The translations under genes and the position numbers were made by a program. A stretch of 42,880 nucleotides of DNA, from the NCBI GenBank assembly GCA_003693705.1, contig RBZT01000430.1, positions 1 to 42,880 on the forward strand, given 5' to 3'. This stretch comes from Polymyxa betae A26-41 (taxonomy: Eukaryota; Protista; Endomyxa: Phytomyxea). Shown here in pieces: positions 37,069 through 42,880 of the stretch. The first letter of the stretch is position 1. The number at the start of each line of letters is the position of its first letter. Under the pieces are notes generated by a model, which worked only from the letters and a program-made list of their open reading frames with translations, was not told the DNA's origin and made no database searches.

Positions 37069-37476
37069 TCATTGTTCGGAAGACGACTCTAAACACCGCT
37101 CGCATGTCACTGACTTATTCATGACTTCTGAATCCCAATACATACCTGTTGCTTGAAGTGTAGGCAATAAGCCGCTATAGTAAAACATGGCACCGATCGT
37201 AAAAAACTGCCCGGCGATCCGAGCCCTCATCATCCGTTGTGACCAGACCTACATCTGCTTAGAAATGGAAAGTATTGTTGTAACAGTCGAACAGAATTCT
37301 GACGATGGAACGCCATGAGGCCGCTTCCTAAAGCTGCACCGGTAAAGGCCGCTCCGCCGAAAATCTGCCCGCCGTCAGGTCCAGAGATGCAGAAAACTAA
37401 ATATGATTCGAACCAGCGGGTATCTCTTCACTTTTCCGATGATAACAGACATGGTGCTTCCATCATCAGAACTCAT
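37069..37476 (-). CDS. HIG1-domain mitochondrial protein (HIGD/Rcf1-like, ~85 aa, 4 exons; absent from the ORF track)
   Basis: Spliced: MSSDDGSTMSVIIGKVKRYPL|IFGGAAFTGAALGSGLMAFHRQNS|VWSQRMMRARIAGQFFTIGAM...|ESSSEQ*. It contains the HIG1 Q-x-M-M-R-x-R-x-x-x-Q motif. Confidence 0.88.
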
Positions 37477-37588
37477 CTTAATTTTGAATAACAAGGAGGA
37501 AGGAGCCAAACGTTACGCTATCACAAATTGTGCGTCTTTCAGCGAAATTTTTCTTTAATCTATTTGCTTTCATCTCATTTGGTAGATT

Positions 37589-38234
37589 TCATACACTGTT
37601 ATCAACGGCATTGGCACCCACAGCTACAGGCTGGTTTTTGGAGTCGGGCAGTTTCGGTGATGCCGGGTTTGAGACCCTGCCTTGTGTCTGAATTTGACGG
37701 AAGCAGCAACCAATGAACAGGTTCATGAAGCCAATCCAGACCATGAAGATTGTGACGACAATGTACAGCTTCTCATCTGAACCCTTTGAATGACTAGTTA
37801 GCAGAAACGCAATAGAGCATGTCTTTCATTACGTCAATTAAGGTGCCCACAATTGTAGCAAGATAAATGTACAGCAATCCTGGAGAAGGCATATCACATT
37901 TTGCTACGGAAGCACATTTTGTTTCTTTACCTCTGCCAAAGAAACTCTTCAAAAATGCGAATCCGTTGAGTAGGTAATCCCATCGAACTTCTGCTAATAA
38001 CACCAATATACCAAACAATGCGGTGTGGAAGTTCCTAACAAAAGCAGAAACACCTAATTCAGCGGATCAGCAATGTCTGGGCAAATAGTTTTTTGTAGTT
38101 GTCCGACTTGCGACGAAGCAAACTTTGAAGAAGCAGCCAATGCTCGAAATAATCAAAAATACGCCAATCGATGCGCCTGCTACGCGAAGCGCGAATTGTG
38201 TCGTCGGCGAAGTTACGCAGGCGTCACGACACAT
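37589..38234 (-). CDS. COPI-associated/Tvp15-like Golgi membrane protein
   Basis: FGILVLLAEVRW...FAFLKSFFGRG|LLYIYL signature and four hydrophobic segments. ATG at 38234 is inferred. Confidence 0.8.
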
Positions 38235-38516
38235 GATCACACGAATATGACGTCAAGGTGCGAATATCATTTGCACGCGCTGCTAGCAGAAAGAGGCGAA
38301 GATATTTTCCACTGGAACAGGTGCAAGCTGTTGAGCTCAAATCGTCTCCCACTCAGTTATACAAACAGCATTCTTCATCTTGATTATAATATAATCTGCG
38401 ACTGAAGTATTTGTAGGATTCCCCAAACGATTTGATTTTTCGTCCAGCTTACATCATATCACAAAAAATGTTAATCTTCCAAGCAGTGTCCGTCATACTT
38501 TGAACAGATCTGTGTA

Positions 38517-39660
38517 TTAGGAAAGGGAGCCAACAAACCGAGCAATTCCATCACTATATGCAGTGATCTTATGATCGTAGATATTCTCATTGCACCAGAA
38601 TTGCCACCAGGGTTCGTTACTTTCCAGACTGTACTCAGCAGGCAGTAGTATTTCAATCCCTTGTGGATGATGCAGCTGAGGAAACAATGACGGGAATGAA
38701 GGAACCTGATTATATGATAAGTACAACAAGGAAGAGATGTCCATAATTCGTACAGGGTCTCTCTCATTGAAGATGCGGTAGTTTTCGATCCCGATCTGGG
38801 CGAATCTGTCGACGAATCGTCGCCCTGCAAACTTTGGGGCTCCGAATGTGATACAGCTGAGGCGATGTGAAGGAATGAATTGTGCTAAATAGCCCGCTTG
38901 TAAAACCGCTAAAGCTCCTCCAGTACTATGGCCTAATCAACTTTGTTATCCATTTTCAATTCTCGATGACAATAATGAATTACCAGTAATTAAGATTCTA
39001 CCTTTGAAGTTTTCCATATGCTTCTTAATCGAGGTGTTCAAATCCGGCTCAATTGCTCGCCAGGCATGTAGAGCCTCTGAAGCCACACCGGCATTCAAGT
39101 CCTCCCCCCCTTCAATTAACCTCGATTTCTTTGTAGAAACTATTGGAATGTTGCAGTAAAATGCCACAATTAGATGACGGCCATATTCGAATATTGCAGC
39201 TCGAGTTCTGCCATTCGGAACTGTGAACAGAAAAAGGACCCTAACCGGCCAAATAACCAAAGGCTGAACGTACATGGCGGAAGCATTCTGTCGAATTAGA
39301 TCATGGCTAGATTCATTGAGTGTTGATAATAACTGAACCAAAATCAGATATACCAGAAGTGGTTTACAATATATTTAACCTTAGCTAGCTCTGCGAATAT
39401 CCAATAATCCTTGCTGAGAAAAGGCATTGATATAAATAATGAAGGCGATAATTTGGAACTATCGGAATGAGTCACGATGCATTCTCCGAATGGTTATGGG
39501 AGAAATCCAATACGCCTGTTACTTCAGGCAGTACTTTCTGCAAACATTTACTTTGGTCGATGATGATTTAGCTTTGAACATGGTAATGTCCCTTGCAGAG
39601 AAAAAACAGGTTTTCCTCGTCCAAAGAACAGAACAAGTGAATAACAGGAAACAATCGCAT
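38517..39660 (-). CDS. Class 3 lipase (alpha/beta hydrolase)
   Basis: ILITG|HSTGGALA nucleophile elbow, ITFGAPK, NERDP|VP (Asp), DHKITAY (His). The 5' end is uncertain. Confidence 0.85.
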
Positions 39661-39679
39661 CTGATATAATCCGACACAC

Positions 39680-40130
39680 AGCTTCAATATGTAGTTGACG
39701 GCTTGGACAAGTGGACTAGACTGGATTTGAATCGACGAGTTTGATGATATTAACAAGTGGCGCTTGGCTTGGACAGGTGCTCAGCAATCAATGCGGTTAT
39801 TGATGCAGCGAAAATAAGCAGGGCTGCATTTGAGGCTAGATGCTGCAATGTCCATCGGGTTTCGTATTGTAGCAACATGTCCACGAGATGAGGCCACGAG
39901 ATGAGGCCACGAGCAAATCAGTTCAGGAGACAATGACGACTGACCCTCTTGTTTCCATTTCCGCAGAGCCGGCATGTGATTTGAACACGACGACCCTGAC
40001 GTCCGCGTGCTCTTTATGTATGGATGTAGAATCTCTTTCACAAACATTCAAGCCCGTCAACTTCTTAGCAATGAAGAAAATTCCGTTTTTCAGTTAGGTC
40101 GGATTGTTGAACGAGATCCGCCTCAAAGCA
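39680..40130 (-). pseudogene. Sulfotransferase-like pseudogene
   Basis: PT*LKNGIFFIAKKL ... VVFKSHAG ... VATIRNPMDIAASS resemble the STWLxN, KT/SH and R(N/D)PxDxxxS motifs of sulfotransferases. In-frame stops and a 13-bp duplication disrupt it. Confidence 0.4.
39881..39913. repeat. 13-bp tandem duplication (CCACGAGATGAGG x2.5)
   Basis: Read directly from the sequence. Confidence 0.85.
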
Positions 40131-40908
40131 CAGTATGTTACACGATTGAGGTTGTCTTTCGCAAGGTTGGAGGAAACAATTAGCTTTACGGAATGCATTA
40201 ACAATAATACCAAGACAAATTTATTGTTTCCAAAGGAGTCTTCTCAGCTCTGGGGAAGGCAGGCAACTAAACTGTTGTATTTCTCGCTGCCTTCACCAGT
40301 TCTTCAGAAGCGACAGAGCAAAATTAACCGATTTCTGTTTTGATCTGTGCCTTGACTAGCTTGAAAACCATATTGCATAGGTTGGCCATTCGCTTACATT
40401 ATGAATGGCAATCTTTGGACTCATCGGGGGAAATTTGGCGCTCTCGTTGTGATCCCGGCGCTGCTCTCCAGGGGGGTTCTCAAACTTGAGCTCAAACTAA
40501 ATTGCATTAAATTTCTTGTAATTGCAAAAAACTCTGTATTGTCATGCCGACTTCGTACACATGATTAAAACCAGGGTTGACCTCTAAAGATATCCTGTCC
40601 GCTATCAGGGATTAGGTTGCAGAACAAAACTAGAGTCCAAAACTGGCAGATAACCTGACAGTAATAGCCGATATCATGAAGACGATATTCGTTATATTGT
40701 ACAAGACAAGGATTTGTCTTGGTCACGTTGCATTGCAGTTGCATCGTATAAGAATTTGCATAAAGTCGCTAAGCTCGTTGCAAATGATACGTTAAGTTTG
40801 ACACGATATTTATTATCGTTCGCGCTTCGAACTTAGCAAGTTTATTACTTAAGTTCTCACAAAAAAAGAGTACATTTTACTGGACAAGTGCTACAGAATC
40901 ATGGTTGC

Positions 40909-42880
40909 CTACAGAAGCAATGCCATAGTAACAATGGAGAAGATTAACGCCGGCCATGTTAGATGATAATGGGAGGCAGAAGAAGTTGGCGCAGGAGTGG
41001 GCAGCGACGTCGAAGCTGCTGGCGTTGGCTCTACAGTTGGCGCTGGAGTCGGAGCTGGAGTTGGTGCTGGTGTCGGAGCTGGAGTTGGCGCTGGTGTAGG
41101 AGCTGGAGTTGGAGCAGGCGTCGGTATCGGTGCTTGAGTCCAGTATTGTAAATCACAGCATGCAATACTGGATCCGCCCACAGCCTTGATGACGATCGAC
41201 TTGGCCAAGTTCATGTTGGCCAGACGAGGCGAGTTCGGCACCAGATCGTTAACAGTATAAGGATTGGGCGTCGTCGCGGTCATAGACATATTGAACCAGA
41301 GCTCGTTGGTCTGCGATCCATGAGCAATAGCTGGGTTAATTCTGAGTACACCGCCTCCACGAACAAGACAAGAGTCATTGTGAACTTTGGCGAAGAACGG
41401 CATATTCGGGTTGTAGGTGGCGTTCTTGTACTCGATGTTAGCAACGACGCGACCTGTTGTCGTACTGCTCAGCTGCTGAATGTAGGTCCAGTCGGCTCTG
41501 GTAACCGTGTAGTTGGAGTTCAAGTTAACCCATTCATTGAGACATTTCCAGCGAGTCAAGACGCCAGTGGTCATCATCTTCGAAGTTGACTTCTTACCCG
41601 TACTCAGCGCCGTCTTCTTTGAAGTCGATTTCTTGCCAGTGGTCACTTTCTTTGAGGTGGACTTCTTAACAGTAGTCATCTTTTTGGAGGTGCTCTTCTT
41701 AGCAGTAGTGACTTTCTTAGAGGTACTCTTCTTAAAAACAGTAGTCAGCTTCTTGGAGGTGCTCTTCTTTGCTGATGTCATCTTCTTAGCAGTAGTGACT
41801 TTCTTAGTAGTAGCCATCTTCTTGGAGGTGCTCTTCTTAGCGGTAGTCATCTTCTTAGACGTGCTCTTCTCAGCAGTAGTGACTTTCTTAGAGGTGCTCT
41901 TCTTAACAGTAGTCAGCTTCTTAGAGGTGCTCTTAGCAGTAGTGACTTTGTTAGAGGTGCTCTTCTTAGCAGTAGTGACTTTGTTAGAGGTGCTCTTCTT
42001 AGCAGTAGTGACTTTGTTAGAGGTGCTCTTCTTAGCAGTAGTGACTTTCTTAGAGGTGGTCTTGTGAGCAGTGGTAGGCTTCTTAGTCGTCGACTTTCTT
42101 GTAGTGACCTTGTGAGAAGTGGATTTCTTGGCAGTCGTTAATTTCTTGGTGGTCGATTTCACAGTTGCCAACTTCTTAGAGGTAGACAATTTGGCAGTTG
42201 TCTGCTTCTTGGTAGTTGCTTTAGCATGGTGTGTAGTCGTAACCCTCCTGGTGGTAGATTTCTTGGTTGTCGCCTTTTTGGTTGTAAGTTTCTTGGTTGT
42301 TGGCTTTTTTGTGGTTAATTTAACGACGTGTGTAGTGGTAGCCTTTTTGGTGGTGAGTTTCTTGGTCGTTACCTTTTTGGTGGTGGGTTTCTTGGTTGTT
42401 GCCTTTTTGGTGGTTGATTTCACGACGTGTGTTGTTGTAGCTTTTTTGGTAGTAAGCTTCTTGGTTGTTGGCTTTTTTGTGGTTAATTTAACGACGTGTG
42501 TAGTGGTAGCCCTCCTGGTGGTAGGCTTCTTGGTTGTTGCCTTCTTGGTGGTCGACTTAACGACGTGAGTAGTTGTAGCCTTCTTGGTGGTAGGTTTCTT
42601 GGTTGTTGCCTTTTTGGTGGTCGACTTCACGACGTGTGTAGTTGTAGCCTTTTTGGTCGTAGGCTTCTTGGTTGTTGCCTTTTTGGTGGTCAACTTAACG
42701 ACGTGTGTAGTGGTAGCCTTCTTGGTGGTAGGTTTCTTGGTGGTCGCCTTCACGACGTGTGTAGTTGTAGCCTTTTTGGTCGTAGGTTTCTTGGTTGTTG
42801 CCTTTTTGGTGGTCAACTTAACGACGTGTGTAGTTGTAGCCTTTTTGGTCGTAGGTTTCTTGGTTGTTGCCTTTTTGGTG
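40909..42880 (-). CDS. GPI-anchored mucin-like surface protein: Lys/Thr repeats, SodC-like domain, PAPT stalk, GPI signal; 5'-truncated
   Basis: The ORF is open to the window end. It has TTKK and [11 protein letters not shown] repeats, a ~140-aa globular region with 4 Cys, (PAPT)n, and SSAS followed by a hydrophobic C-terminus. Confidence 0.88.
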   Translation of the reverse strand, partial: TKKATTKKPTTKKATTTHVVKLTTKKATTKKPTTKKATTTHVVKATTKKPTTKKATTTHVVKLTTKKATTKKPTTKKATTTHVVKSTTKKATTKKPTTKKATTTHVVKSTTKKATTKKPTTRRATTTHVVKLTTKKPTTKKLTTKKATTTHVVKSTTKKATTKKPTTKKVTTKKLTTKKATTTHVVKLTTKKPTTKKLTTKKATTKKSTTRRVTTTHHAKATTKKQTTAKLSTSKKLATVKSTTKKLTTAKKSTSHKVTTRKSTTKKPTTAHKTTSKKVTTAKKSTSNKVTTAKKSTSNKVTTAKKSTSNKVTTAKSTSKKLTTVKKSTSKKVTTAEKSTSKKMTTAKKSTSKKMATTKKVTTAKKMTSAKKSTSKKLTTVFKKSTSKKVTTAKKSTSKKMTTVKKSTSKKVTTGKKSTSKKTALSTGKKSTSKMMTTGVLTRWKCLNEWVNLNSNYTVTRADWTYIQQLSSTTTGRVVANIEYKNATYNPNMPFFAKVHNDSCLVRGGGVLRINPAIAHGSQTNELWFNMSMTATTPNPYTVNDLVPNSPRLANMNLAKSIVIKAVGGSSIACCDLQYWTQAPIPTPAPTPAPTPAPTPAPTPAPTPAPTPAPTVEPTPAASTSLPTPAPTSSASHYHLTWPALIFSIVTMALLL
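41570..42880 (-). repeat. Coding minisatellite with 33-nt ([11 protein letters not shown]) and 15/69-nt ([12 protein letters not shown]) units
   Basis: Read directly; near-perfect 33-bp copies at about 41920-42055. Confidence 0.9.

Noticed and set aside
2248-38234. Apparent functional clustering (PDCD4/DHX/CCR4; alpha-SNAP/SNARE/Tvp15)
   Set aside because: Broad housekeeping categories interleaved with unrelated genes. There is no evidence of a co-regulated cluster.
40702-40721. 8-bp hairpin CAAGACAA-GGAT-TTGTCTTG downstream of the mucin gene
   Set aside because: Expected by chance at this length, and intrinsic terminators do not apply to this eukaryotic locus.
40963-42568. Long hydrophobic V/F/L-rich plus-strand ORFs
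   Set aside because: Antisense mirror of the K/T and PAPT repeats. The minus-strand frame has the coherent architecture.
1-42880. Prokaryotic systems (CRISPR, operons, defence islands), tRNA, rRNA
   Set aside because: Spliceosomal introns occur throughout. The repeats are coding or lack unique spacers, and no tRNA or rRNA signatures were seen.

Overview
Gene-dense eukaryotic nuclear DNA with many short (mostly 40-60 nt) GT-AG introns and the standard genetic code. It is not prokaryotic, so most tracked ORFs are single exons or shadow ORFs. I assembled about 22 protein-coding genes by eye: a 4-repeat protein of unknown family, an MA3/PDCD4-like protein, a secreted glycoprotein, a DHX57-like helicase, CCR4, HDAC1/RPD3, a C2H2 factor, TMEM120, an HDEL-ended LEA protein, alpha-SNAP, PSF2, a Qb-SNARE, CEP104, DCAF7/WDR68, an RRM protein, a JmjC-like protein, PRDX6, a 71-aa membrane microprotein, ERH, a HIG1 protein, a TVP15-like protein, a class-3 lipase and a 5'-truncated GPI-anchored mucin. 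CEP104, the LEA protein and the compact architecture suggest a flagellated protist with a resting stage, possibly a phytomyxid (inference only). Most notable are: the K/T-rich GPI mucin with a SodC-like domain lacking most Cu ligands; a JmjC-like protein lacking its metal triad; an ER-retained LEA protein; extreme A/T-ending codon patches in the helicase next to a (CCCTAA)3 tract; a sulfotransferase-like pseudogene; and several weak hAT relics. No tRNA, rRNA or CRISPR was seen. Family assignments rest on remembered motifs, not database searches.
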